From: Craspedostauros australis
Taxonomy: Eukaryota
Assembly (NCBI GenBank): GCA_030167865.1
Contig: JALAGF010000317.1
Coordinates: forward strand, 1 to 51,900
Direction of reading: 5' to 3'
Length of the DNA stretch: 51,900 bases
Shown here: positions 23,193-35,535 of the stretch, in pieces
Position numbering within the stretch: position 1 is the first letter of the stretch
How the letters are laid out: every line of letters begins with the position of its first letter
Notes under the pieces: model-generated
Seen by the model: only the letters and a program-made list of their open reading frames with translations
Databases searched by the model: none
What the model was told of the DNA's origin: nothing
Translations under genes and position numbers: made by a program

Positions 23193-26100
23193 CGCCGGAC
23201 TGGCACGTAACAAAGATCACATGAATAGTAAAACATCACAATAACGTGATAACATGCCAACCTACACTCCGAAATAGTGGTCTAAACCGTTGCGGATAGA
23301 TTCTGTCTTGGAATCACCAACTCTGCTGTCTGTTTCGAGTGTGGCATCAGGGGGTTGATGTACCGGCATGGTATCTCAAGAGCGTCTACACCACAGAGCA
23401 GCGCGATTCCGGCAGAGACTATGACTTAGGACGGGGATGGTTGAGCACACACGAATCATGACTCTGTGGTGGAATGTGTTGCATGTCGTACTCCGGAGAG
23501 AGAGCAGCAGCAGCAACAATACGGGCACAACACAATACATTGCAGGTTGAACAGATTCGGAGTGCGGGGAGGCTGGTGATCTCAGGTACTCTGTAGAGGA
23601 ACCGGCAGCACTTGCAAAGCTCCGTTGTCTTGACGTTCGCTTCTTCTCGTGCTTCCTGCGGTCAACCGTTCCGCTTCTGTGCCTGTGCTGGTGGATAGGC
23701 GCGAGTATGCAGGGCACTTGCCGCAGAGCAGAGCACTATACTATTCTTATCTGCATTTCATTCACAGTGAGTACGAGCCATGTCTCGAAGAAGGATGGAC
23801 AAACCACCCCCCGAAGTCACAGGTTGGCGCCACGCAGACGCTTACTATATTTCTGATGGATTGGATCATGAAGGTTGCGTGGTCTGAATTGTCCCGTGCC
23901 GCCGCGAAAGTCACGATTGCAGAGCACGCGAGTACTCGTACCATACGATAGGCCAAGGTGTTGACGAGCGTCGTGGGCCACAGCGCCACCACGATACGAC
24001 CTTAGACACATTCACGCTTTGACCGTGTGTTGTGGACACTGATATTTCTCAGGAGAGAGCGACGTCTTCGAGCTACGCAAAGCGGATGTTGGAGAGAGAA
24101 TGACAGGCAGTGAGAGATCCATCGTTCCTTGGGCATTCGCTCTTATGGGCAATCCGGTGTGAAGATGAATCCATCCACAACACGCGCACGAGTACCAATA
24201 ACGAAACCTCAAGTCCACGTCAAACAGACAACTGAGGAAAAACCACGCGAGCATCCGGTGCCAACAACAGCGCAAAGGCGCACGTCATCGCGTCTCCCTG
24301 GAGAGAGAGAGAGAGAGAGAGTGCTCGTCGATACACCATACCAGTACCATCAACAACACTCTTGTCTGATCGTGGTGTCGTTCCCAATTTGTTGGTCGTG
24401 ATGTTGGTGTGGTTCCCAGTTAGCCTTGCTCTTGTTGGGTGGTGGTCGTATTCGTTGCTGCCGCCCTACTCTACAACAATCATCGAGGTAGCAACAAACA
24501 TGGTGAGGTGTGGTTATTTGTAAGTACTCTGCGGAATCACTGCGTTGTATAGTACGAGGACGAATAGGAGCATGAGTACGGTCCATGTTCTGGGAGAGTA
24601 CTCTGCTACCACCATTCACACGCAGCCACAAACTCCCATGGGTCGCCCGAGTTCGTGACACGGTTCAGTTCGCTTTCTCGGCATTTGCCAGCATCGGTAG
24701 CAAAACACGGATAGTACCTCAAAACACTTATCCACTGGTTCGTTTGGTCGTGATGTTGCGATGTCACCATCAAGAACATAGAACATCTTTGTACCTCTTG
24801 CAACAAATGACACAACATCAAATCGGTGGGATGATCCTTCACTGTCCATACCTGGCAGACGGTGGTGCGCTCCAGGCTTCGGCATCCAAGGTCACAGCGG
24901 ACGCTTGACCATCATGATTGTGAAGGATTGGATTTTGCCTGGATCAAGGCCCGAATTGGGCCCAATTTCCAGCTGGCCGTCACGAAGTTATCACACCTCG
25001 GACCTGGGAGGAATCTCCCTCAGGCAAGAACTGCATTGACTCGCGTAGAAACGTGGAGCACGCGGCCATGGTGCCTCCCTTGTGGCATGGAACGAAGATG
25101 GACAAGCCTTGCACTGACCTCTATTCTATTCTATTCAAGCTCTAGCTCGAGCTCCAGCTCCTGAGCTCCATGAGACACCAAAGACGAATCGCAAAGAAGC
25201 AACAGTTGTACAAAGCATCCAAGCACATCCAACATGGTCCAGTTTGTTTGGGCGATTGGTGCCCCTGCAATTGCAACTCTCCTCGAATATCGCCGGCATT
25301 CGAGTCATACCAAAGGGACAAGCAATTCGTACTTGAACGATACCCACAAGCACGGCACACCTATCGAAATGAAAAGGAGAGCAATCACATTCGTCATCCC
25401 AGAGCCGACCCTGTTTCTGAATTCTACCCTCAGCTCGTACTTTGGTCTTGATCTGAGGTATTCGTGCCATACCTTGTACTATACACATGATTGTTCTGAG
25501 ATGGAACATTTAAACAGCCGCAAAGTCGATGGATGGATGAATGAATGAATGAATGCAAAGGACTTCCCTTGTGGCGCATCTGGGTTGATTGTGATGGTTG
25601 CTTTCGTGGTGTTTTACTGGTTGATTTGCCACTGAAGGAATTCATGCTCGCGGCAAAGTCCCATTGTTCCGTTTTCTCCACAGAAAGGCATGACGTGTGC
25701 AGACATATTGAGCCACGCGGGTCCGACCACGTCATCAGTTGTGGTTGCCAGTACCTGAAACGACAAGGAGAACCAAGAGTGTTCGATCAAGTCGACGCAT
25801 CACTTTCTTCTTCTGGCTGGAAGCAGTCACGTTTGTTTGCAATCCGTGAATGCATTCTGCGTATCAAGAACAAAACTAGATCGCATTCCAAACCTTACTC
25901 AAAACCTCTCTCTCTCTCTCGATGCAGGAATTGCTCATCTCGCATGGAGACAATGGAATAGAGCACGAGTAGTAGAGTGCAGAATGATGGTGCAGAGTAG
26001 ATAGGGTGGTGTATTCTGGTAAAGCGCAGTGTTCCTTACTTGCTATTGTTATGTTTGAGTTTAGTTCGGCAAGGATGAATGGGATGATGTTCGCAAGGAG

Positions 26101-26377
26101 AAGAGCTGTGATCTGCGTGTTCACTGTTGATGTGGAAAAGAGCACAGCACGAGTATCCACAACAATTCTGGCGAGGACAATGTACGAGTACATGAGATAG
26201 AGGAGAGTGGGGTGATTGGCCTGATGATGGCTGTGGTGTAGATGTCGTGTGGAGGAAGCAAAGCAAGGTGAAGAGCCGACGTCCTGACGATTCATTCGCC
26301 AACAGTCGGAAGACATCATACATCAAGATCTGTCTGTGTATGTGTGTGTTGTACAGCCGTTCGTAGAAGTGCGGGTA

Positions 26378-28141
26378 TCAGTCCGAACATCGGAAGAACG
26401 CATCCTGAAGAATAGGAATGACGATGCTGTCCACCCAAACCACGCCCGTTGCCACCGATGCCGTCTCCTCGCCGCGCATCTTGAGCTGTTCCTTCAGTGC
26501 AGGCAGATCCTCGCGAAACTTCTGTCGCCAGTTTGGAGGAATGAGCGAATTCCTCGACAGGCCAGTGCCAAGTCCACTGTTGTTGCTGCTGTTGTTGACG
26601 TCGGCGTTGTGCTGCTTGCTGCCGTTTCCATTGTCGTTGTTTGTGGTGCTACCAGCTGCTCCGCGATCGGCAGGCTCGGCGACAATACTGTTGTCGTCAT
26701 CATCATCGAAATCTTCATTGTCTTTGTTGTCGTCGTCTTCCTCCTGCAACTCAAAATCCCTGGCCAGCTTCTCGCTGTGGGCGGCGGCAAGGTCCTGGAC
26801 CCATTCGCGGAGCACCTCAACCTTGCGAACTTGCAGCGGTGGCAAGGTGCGTTGCTGACGTCTGGCTGTGGACAGGAGGCCCAGCAGATCTCGCTCCGTC
26901 ATGAGGCAGAAGTCTTCCAGGCTCCTTGCATCATAATTGGCGAGCATGTACTGTGTGTTGTCGTCGAGGTTGAAGGCCTGCGCGATCGCCCGCATGTCGT
27001 CTCCAAGCACGAGTTCACGCCGCTCTAGCTCTATCGCTCGTCTCAACGCGGCGCCAGCGGAACCGGGTGTGCCGGATGCGCGGAAGGAGGAGGACTTCGA
27101 TGACTTTGATGACTTCGATGATTTCGAGGACTTGGATGATTTGGAGGAACGGGTCGAACGGGAAGATCTCGTGCTGCGGGATCCACCACGGCTGATGGAC
27201 ATCGAGTGCGTCGCGAGGCTGCTCGTGGAGTTCTTGACTGATGGGATGTTGATGAAGGTTGCCACGCGACGACGGCTGCGGAGCGTGGAGGCGTCGTTTG
27301 TCACGTCGTCTTCTTCTATGGCCGAGTCCAACGAACTGCAAGGTCTTCGGTATGGCCGGCTGCCCGTCACAGTCGTCGCCTCGTCGGAAACCCTTGTGTT
27401 GAGCCCTGTCGATGACGATGACGACGACGAAGACGACGACGAGGTTTGGGAGGATGAAGATCCCGATGATTCCGATGTGGACGAACCGGAGGAGTATCCT
27501 GCGGTCTTTTCGCTGGACACATCCGTTGGATTGAATCCGTCAATGGACTGGTAGGTCGACAATCCGCTGCTGTTGTCGGAGCTGGAGAGGGATCCAGTCT
27601 TCAGGATCGATTTGGTCGCCTTCGGCTTGATCGTCGCTGGTGTATTGGAGGTCGATGCTGACGCAGTTGTCGCCGTCGTCGTGGTTTTGGAGGTGCGCGT
27701 CCCCAGCGATGTCTGAGTGGGCGCCTTGTTGATGACAGAATCCGCCGTGCTCGCCTTGTTGATGACGGAATCTGCCGTGCTCGCCTTGGTTCCTGTCGGT
27801 GCTGCTGGTATGGCAGCCGCTGATGGGACCGTGCCGTTGGTGTCAGCTCTGATCAGCTCATCTGGAACCACAACTGACTCGTTTGCAACTTCTTGGCTCG
27901 TGGACTGTATTTCCTTGAGCTTCTTCTCGTCATCCAGATTGCTCTTGCTGAACGATACCTTCGACAAGTTCGACGCTGCCTTCATCACGCTCATCGGGGT
28001 CATTCTCGTCTTCTTCTTTTCCTTCGTATTTCCGGCGCCACTGCCGTTGGTGTCGCCATTGTTGCCGCTGCTGCTCGCCGCAGCCTTCTTGCTCACGCGC
28101 CGGCGCAAGCGGCCGAAACCAAGCTTCGCAGAGTATCCCAT
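26378..28141 (-). CDS. Ser/Thr-rich low-complexity protein with a C-terminal SAM-like helical domain, single exon, about 587 aa
   Basis: Long ORF from ATG at 28141 (MGYSAKLG). It has internal repeats (KASTADSVIN x2; SSK x5) and the segment FNLDDNTQYMLANYDARSLEDFCLMTERDL...LPPLQVRKV, which resembles a SAM fold. Confidence 0.75.
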   Translation of the reverse strand: MGYSAKLGFGRLRRRVSKKAAASSSGNNGDTNGSGAGNTKEKKKTRMTPMSVMKAASNLSKVSFSKSNLDDEKKLKEIQSTSQEVANESVVVPDELIRADTNGTVPSAAAIPAAPTGTKASTADSVINKASTADSVINKAPTQTSLGTRTSKTTTTATTASASTSNTPATIKPKATKSILKTGSLSSSDNSSGLSTYQSIDGFNPTDVSSEKTAGYSSGSSTSESSGSSSSQTSSSSSSSSSSSTGLNTRVSDEATTVTGSRPYRRPCSSLDSAIEEDDVTNDASTLRSRRRVATFINIPSVKNSTSSLATHSMSISRGGSRSTRSSRSTRSSKSSKSSKSSKSSKSSKSSSFRASGTPGSAGAALRRAIELERRELVLGDDMRAIAQAFNLDDNTQYMLANYDARSLEDFCLMTERDLLGLLSTARRQQRTLPPLQVRKVEVLREWVQDLAAAHSEKLARDFELQEEDDDNKDNEDFDDDDDNSIVAEPADRGAAGSTTNNDNGNGSKQHNADVNNSSNNSGLGTGLSRNSLIPPNWRQKFREDLPALKEQLKMRGEETASVATGVVWVDSIVIPILQDAFFRCSD

Positions 28142-28957
28142 GGTGCTGTATTCGTATTGCCTGCCTTTCGCGCAGCACTCGATGAAAGATGGTCTCCTCT
28201 GGATGTGACAGTGCCAGGGGGTCAGGTCAGCCAACCCGCGTCGATGATGGTGCTTGTGCTGGAGTTCGCGCTAGTGCTAGTGTTGCTGTGATTGGGCGAC
28301 GTCAAGTGACTTTGCTGAGCTTTTAACGCTGCGTCTCTTGAAGAACGATGGACGCAGAGAGGGGGTGCAATGTTGAGAGAGCGAGATGTTGATGTTGATG
28401 GTGTCGTTTGGGTGATGCCGCACTTTTGGACAAGCAGCAATGATTTTGTGAGCCAATTGTGTTTGGCTTGTCGGAGGGAGTTCGTCGCCAAATGCGTGAC
28501 AGTGCGACGCATTTGGGCGAAACGAAATCGCCAAATGTCACAAGTGCTCGCTTGTGGCAAGTCATGCGCATTTGGGACGTTATTTAACGCCAAAATAACT
28601 CTAAAAATAAGTTGTTCCTTGAGAGAAGCGAACGGACACCTGACCGACGGTTAACATGATGATGCGCCGCTCACACGAATCAGACTCGCACAGAGAAAAG
28701 GGAATCTCCAACGGCGAAGAGGAATCGTGGATAAGAGGTTGTGAGCGCCTTGTTGTTCGCGACAGAGCCGTCAAACATGATTGCCGAAGAACAGAAATGC
28801 CATCATCGATGTGGTGGTGGTGCGCACAGCCAAAGCATCAACCCATCCACATTTTGTGCACGTCATGCTCTCGTTATACTGTCATGCCCTCAACAAGTTG
28901 CTCAATGATTTACGCGCAATGAATTGCATGCCTGCGCTTGCCAATGTGGAACCACAG

Positions 28958-30004
28958 CTGCTTTGATGTGATCGATGCTGCAACACCTCAGATTCTGTCG
29001 CAGATCGACAGTCAACCAATCCGCACCACAGGATCCGGCGCTCACCACATCGCAGATTACGGAACGGCAGATGCAGGAACCAGCCTGGGGCTTCTGACAA
29101 AGATGGCTCAGGGCATTCGCACGAAGCTGTCAAAGGACGACCTGGACGTTGTCATCCATTTACGAAGACCAGCTCACGAATGAGTGGCAGAGTGTGTTCA
29201 ATCACTTCCAGGGCAACAAGCTCGTGCAGGATGCTTACGGCAAAGACGTTCCAACACCCTTCGGACTGGGAAACGTGTCCACGGAGGCCAGCGGCGTCGG
29301 CTTCCACAGCCAGTGCTACCCAGCCAACAGCATCGACTACCTACGGTGTGTCCTTCACCGCCATGCACTGGCTCAGCGCCTTCCCCAACTCGCTGCGGGG
29401 CAACACCAACATGCACGCTGCGCGCTGCGGGACCCGACCGGTCCCAGAAAAGGAGCAGGCTGCCGAGGACTGACTGTCCATCTTGAAGGCGCGATCGAAC
29501 GAGCTGGTGTCTGGAGGGCGTCAACTTCTGCGTCTCCAAGGAGGGGCACTTCCTGACGTGGGTGCCAGCATGTGGGATTCCTTCCACCAGTCCTGGACGA
29601 AGCTGCATGAGGACAGTCTCCTCGACGGCGAGGAGCTGACCGGAGTCTCCTTCCCCAACTACTACCAAACCAGCCAGGAATTCATGGAGGGCATCGAACA
29701 GTGCGACGACTTGAAGATCATCTCGATAGAAGCGAAGGTGGTGCGCTGCCCGTACCGCGAGCTGTGGACCGCGAAGAAGACCGGCGACATGACGCCGGCG
29801 GAGTACGCCAAGTGGTTCGTGCCAACAACACGCTCCTGATCCAACTCCACCTTCCGCTCTGGTCTTCGCGCGAGCCGATCGGAGGAAGAGAAGGATGCGA
29901 TCATCCAGCAGTTCTGGTCGAACTACATGGACATCGTCGCGGAAGATCCATCGGCGCACGGCATGGACTACGTCCACAGCTACATTGTTCTGGAGAAAGC
30001 ATAG
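28958..30004 (+). pseudogene. SAM-dependent carboxyl methyltransferase (SABATH / Methyltransf_7-like) pseudogene
   Basis: Family motifs are spread over several frames: IADYGTADAGTS, YEDQLTNEW..VF, GVGFHSQCYP..SID, SFTAMHWLS, ILKARSNELVSGG, SFPNYY, HGMDYVH. Lesions: extra T near 29160, CTAC duplication at 29337-29344, TGA at 29471, frameshifting deletions near 29519 and 29553, TGA at 29837. The 5' exon was not found. Confidence 0.85.
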
Positions 30005-30450
30005 AAAATGGATCGACGGAGCATACTGGAGTAGACACAGCAACATGTACTCTATTCTGGATGAAATGTGCATTGAGCAAGTACCGGGTAACTTGAGGTG
30101 GATGCAGTGGAGTGCAGGATAATAGAGTACTCCAGTAGTTTGTGGTTGGAATGCTTACGTTTCAATTCGACGTTGTATCATACTTGCAGAAGCAACGCAG
30201 GCCTCTACGATTGTTGGCTTGCCATTCGAGGGAACTGAAATTGGACGAGCGCGAGATGTTCGCTGACTAAATAGAACAATGATGACATCACTTCTGCACT
30301 ACCCCATGTTCTCCTCTCCACTACTCCTCGGATGTCCATACACCATCCTCCTCTTTGTCTTGTGTGCCTGCGCAATCGGTATAGCCCTTCCTCTTGGTTG
30401 CCTGCTGGCGTGCATTGCGATTGGTAACCCTATTGGAGATCAACGCACCA

Positions 30451-30759
30451 TCACGACCCCAAAGCTCGAACGCTCATGACATCGAACCGAAACAGCGCAT
30501 CTTCCATGTACGGTGGCGCAGTGATCATGGTGGCGGCCGCCCGCACGTGCGATGGAGCATCGCTCCGAATCTCGAAGCAACCCGCTTCGATGGACCGAAC
30601 TTGCATCTGGCAACTGTAGGGTTCCAGGTCCCCAAACAACGCCCGCAGGCTCGACGTGAGGATGGTATCCACCTCGCGCGGATCCGAGAGTTGGGGAGTC
30701 GTTCGGATGGTCAGAACTGCGCGAGCATCGGTGCCGGTCCCACCTTTGCTACGTGGCAT
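30451..30759 (-). CDS. Small protein, possibly an RNase P/MRP subunit of the Pop8/Rpp14/Pop5 type (102 aa)
   Basis: ATG-initiated ORF with the pattern 'LTIRT...ILTSSLRALFG...FEIRS.....VRAAATMI......FRFDV'. It lies head-to-head with the next gene. Confidence 0.45.
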   Translation of the reverse strand: MPRSKGGTGTDARAVLTIRTTPQLSDPREVDTILTSSLRALFGDLEPYSCQMQVRSIEAGCFEIRSDAPSHVRAAATMITAPPYMEDALFRFDVMSVRALGS

Positions 30760-31443
30760 CGTGGATCCGCATCAATCTGAACAGCGCGATGGAGACCGAG
30801 ACACACGGAGAGGGTCAGGGTGAGGGCGACCTTGGGGAATGCCGTCGCGGTGCTCTTGATTCGCTGTGCGCACCAGCGCTCTTGCTTCTTTTGTGTTGTT
30901 GGCTGTGTTGTTGGTTGCAAGCGCGTCGCGGAGATTGTTGTGTGTTGTTGGTCTGACACCGCGTTTCGGAAGGAGGTATCCACTTGCCTCTCGTATTCTC
31001 GGACAGACCATACCAGAGATGCTTAGACCAAGTGACTCACCTGACTAATGTTGTTGGTGTGAACAGAACTTCATTTATACTTAACAAGACTGAGTTACCA
31101 TACATCCCAATCGCGCAATCAGAAGAACGGCGCGAAGAACCACGACGAAGATGACCACCAACAAACATCCTGTATCTGCGAGGATCGAGCACCACATCGG
31201 CTTGCAACAAACCACAAAGAAGTGCAGACACATTCTATCCATTGATCTGCTGCGTCCTGCTGTGCCGCAGCCTGTCCATACGTAGAATAGCTCTTGGGAA
31301 GAGAAAAGTAGAGAAGCTGGTAAGGTCTTTCGCAACGAAGCGAAAGGAACAACATACCAGTTCAAGCACCCCAGCACAAGAGCACAAGAGGACACTCAAG
31401 AAAACACCAGCAGAAGAGGTTGTGCCTAATCCCGAGACTTGCA

Positions 31444-34400
31444 ATGATGAGCGAGGGTGAGGCGCGAACGCAAGGGGAAGCGGCCGAAGGCACGGGAGGA
31501 GATCCTGTCCCAGGCAACGATCATGGATCCAACGATCACAACAACAGCGTGGAATGGGCGACGTATCCCCTGCCACCACCTTTGGTGTCGATCTTGTCGG
31601 CTGCAACTGCTGAAACTGCTGAAACTGCCGAAACTGCTGCCGACACCGCGGACGCTGCGACTGATGCCAACAACTTTGACGTGCAAAGAGAGGACCCACC
31701 CAACGGCCTGCAATGCCTGGTGGCAAATGCGGTGGCGGCCATCGATCTTCTCTACTTCGCCACGCCTTCGCGCATCCGTCAGGATCAGGAATGCTTCGGA
31801 CATCGGTCCTGCTTGCGCGTTGTGGCCAACCAGGACGACCAAACCTTGACCATCACGGATTTGGGCGTCGGCATGACGAGGGCCGATCTCATCAACTGCT
31901 TGGGGATCGGCCGCAACATCGCGGTTAAAGGCCCCGGCAAGGGCGCACCGTCGCGCGCATCCAGCGTCCTCACCACAGATGAAAGCGATTCGTCGGGTTC
32001 CGCTGATGATGACGATGAGGATGATGACAGTGAGGATATCTTCAATGAAGCGAATGCAAAGGCCGAGCAAGATGCTGCGCATATGGGCGGGAGAGAATCC
32101 ATCACCGTTGATGCAAGGAAGACATCGCTGGGAGGTTTCTACGCGGCAGTTTGTTCGCTCGGGACAGCGGTCAAGGTCGGAACCAAGGTGAGTTCCTTGC
32201 GATCATCGCATAGCGTCTTGTGCTCTTTGTTCTACTCTATGCTGTGCCAGTTGAAATTCGCAATGGATAACTCTACTCTGCATCACGTGGCACGTTCCGA
32301 GGTTGCGTTGGTGTTCAGTCCATCCCTGCCTGAGAACATGCAGCACAGCAGCTCTCCCACCACGTTCTGGTACCTTGCAACACCTATGCAATCCAACTCA
32401 CGCACTTCCACGCATATACCCATGCACGCTCATGTATACCCATGCCTCCCATTCAATCCTGCATACCATGATTGCACACGCACACATGCACACACTCTCG
32501 TCGTCGCGACCACAGTCCAAATTCGATGACTACTACGAGTTCCAAGTGGGTACGTTTGATTCGGATCAAGTCAACATATCATCCAAGGGAGCGAATGGCC
32601 CGACGGTGCCCGAAGAATCAACCTCGCCATTCGGTCACTTCATATTGAAGCGCCCATTCCCTGAGGGCACCAAGCTGACGCCCGATATTGGATTTGACAA
32701 GCTCGAGCACATTCGAGGAGATTCCGGTTCCATGGTCTGCATCCAGGTCCGTAACGACCTCACCAACACTTTGCTGGATTACACCTGGCTGCACGATGCC
32801 TTCGAAAAGATCTTGGAGACCACGCACACGAGCGTCGTCTTGGGAAACTCCGACCAGTCCGCAGAACTCATCGCCGCCACGGCGCGGGAGGAGCAGCGCA
32901 AGGAGGAGATACTGCAGAGCATAGACGAAGATGATGACCTGGATGTGGGGGATCCTGGTAAGTGGCATGGACTGCAAAGATCAACCACATATATTCATAT
33001 GCGCTGCTGTGTGCTGCTGTGCGATTGAGAACGTAATGCGACGTGCAAGGGTTGCATCAAGCACAATTACACTTTTTTGCGCGGGGTACTGGTGCGATGC
33101 GATGGAAGTGTGTCAACCGCATCAGTGCTCCCATTTTCAATTCTGCGACACGATGCTCACAATGGGTGCGATGTTGATGTTGATGCCGTCATCGCCATTG
33201 CCGTCGCCATCGAACATGAATCTATTCCGTTTGCCACAAAATACCAACCCAACATCGATCATATCTTCACCTCGCCCTGTTGTGTGCTGCACGGTGACGC
33301 ACAGAAGGTAGATCAACACCATGTTCGCAACTCGTCTCACTGGCTTCCTTTGCATTGCGCCCGTTGACCATGATAGCGCAAGACAACCCAGATCGAGCCG
33401 CTGCTTTGGACAAGCTATATTCATCCATGAAAGAGCGGGCGAAGTACATCCCTCTCCGGTTATCGTTGAACGAGCGCAAGATGCTCCGACTGGTCGAAGC
33501 GTCCATGACATGCTGCGACTACACCTCGGAGGTGGATGGCGCTGTCTTCAAGAATGCCATGCGACGAAAGCACAAGCAGCTCAAGCTCATCAGCAGCGTC
33601 TTCCGCGGTCTCGTCACCGCCTGTGATTACGACGCAGGCAAGCAGCTGGCCGACGACATGGCATCGCTTTCCAGCTACCAGACCTTCCTGCAGGAGATGA
33701 TGGAATTTGCAAGACGGCACAAGATTCGGAACCCAGAAAAGATGAGAACAGAGTACGGCAAGCTCATATACTTGCTGCAAGATGCGTCACAGAACCAGGA
33801 ACATCTGGAGCTGGACATCTTGCGACCCATCGAGAGCGTGTACAGGTACCTCGAGGAACGCAACGGCCTGGGCGTGCTGGAGGATCCGGCGATCGAAACC
33901 GCGACCGAAGAAATCCTTGCGGGACGCAAATCAAGATCAGCCATCGATGCCGAGATCCGGAGGAAGGAGAAGGCGGTGCAAATGCTCAAGAAGAAGTACC
34001 GCAACCCGAAGCTATCATCCGATGACATTCACTTGTGCCTGTATTCCATCTGGTGAGTACCGGACAAAACGTGGCCGTCTTGGTCATTGTTGCTGTGGTC
34101 CATGACCACGCTGGAATTGCAATCTTCGATACTCCATGCTCTTGTGCGCGTATGCATTCTTGCAAACACCCTTCGCATGTCTCAAGCATTGTATCATGGT
34201 GCACTCTGCCGCACTATTTGCACATTCCTGTCACTCTATGCCGACATCCAACGAATCACTGAATCAATGACTTTGCATGATCTCATCACATCCCATCATT
34301 CTCACCATCACATCACGTTACAACGATTGCACTCTCGTAACTGCACCCTTGGTACAACACAGTGACAACAATTCATTCTTAAATTCCAACCGAGTGCCCA

Positions 34401-35407
34401 TCGACAAGGTCATTGACTTTCTCAAAACGCATTTCCACCCTGATGAGATAGAAGAGGGATACTCGCTCGCCATCGTGAGCGGGGAGGCGGGTGCGCGGCT
34501 GTCGCACAGCCATGAACGGCAGTATTACTTCGCCTTGCAATCTCTCACATTGTGGCGTGACATCATCGATGACATGTTCCGTTTGTGGGCGATGGCGGAA
34601 AACGACCTGCTCAATCAGTCCATCCAATACTCGCTGCAGGATACGGGTCAGGGCATGCAGAGAGTCCAGCAGTCACCGGAAACGTACAAGGCGATGCAAA
34701 AGATCCTGATCCGCGTCCAGGCCAAGGTGAAGCACTGGGTGGGATCCAGCGTCATCCACTTGGGCGATCACAACGTTCCCAACGCGCTTAGTTTCATTGA
34801 CAAATACACCCAGGGTGAGTCGGGTTGTGAAATCGTTTGAAATGGTGTGGGTGGTGGACATTGAGAGGCTACAGGTAGCGAAAATGCAGCCTTGCACGGC
34901 ATTCGACTGTGGAGCCGACATCCAGCCGCGCACAAATACGCACATACAAACATGTATACAAACGTGAACTCACACTATCCTTTTGCCTGCGTTGTTTTTT
35001 CGCGTTTGTGCGTCGGGAGATGGCACCCCACGTATCCACCTTTGCAATTCACAACACACCGCACTGGAACGGAACTGGAACGGAAACGCTGGGCAGTCCC
35101 GCGCATCCTGGGACCGATCGTGGCGTGTCTGGAGAATGCGGAGAAGCTGTGTGAGGAAGACGATGGCATCAAGGCCTTCATCGACAACGGATTCGGTGGC
35201 ATTGAGAAACTGCGCATGGATATTCTGTACGACTTCTTCCGATCCGCCTTTGACGGTAGCGGCGCCGACAACTTCTACGACGCGGGTTCTTGCATCGATG
35301 GGAGGTTAACGAGCGCGTGGAATTGGTGCTCGAACCTGCCGGACAAGAGCTTCTACCCCATCTTTCAACTGACTGGATTCGTTGGCTTTGATGGCGAATT
35401 CAAGTAG
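31444..35407 (+). CDS. UPF0652/DUF2009-family protein with an N-terminal degenerate HSP90-like GHKL domain, 5 exons, 874 aa
   Basis: Exons 31444-32187, 32516-32957, 33377-34052, 34363-34814 and 35097-35407, all GT-AG, sum to 2625 nt in frame. DUF2009 motifs: ERAKYIPLRLS..ERKMLRL, RRHKIRNPEKMRTEYGKL, GARLSHSHERQY, IHLGDHNVPNAL.FIDKYTQV, FDGSGADNFYDAGSCIDGRLTSAWNWC. Confidence 0.9.
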
Positions 35408-35535
35408 AGCCAAGTAGAGTACGACGCTCTCCAGAATGGAGTGCTCCACATGTATGAATGACAAGAGTTACTCCACTCTATTTGGAAACAAAATGCATTG
35501 CGAAATAATACTATTGAGGTGTATGGTACCATACG

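Noticed and set aside
24585..25550. Protein-like fragments (similar ones at 46300-46900)
   Set aside because: Broken frames with no identifiable family; cannot be supported without a homology search.
29471..29839. TGA-as-Trp or selenocysteine recoding in the methyltransferase
   Set aside because: The same gene has several frameshifts and uses TGG for its other Trp codons, and intact neighbouring genes use TGA as a stop. Pseudogenisation is the simpler explanation.
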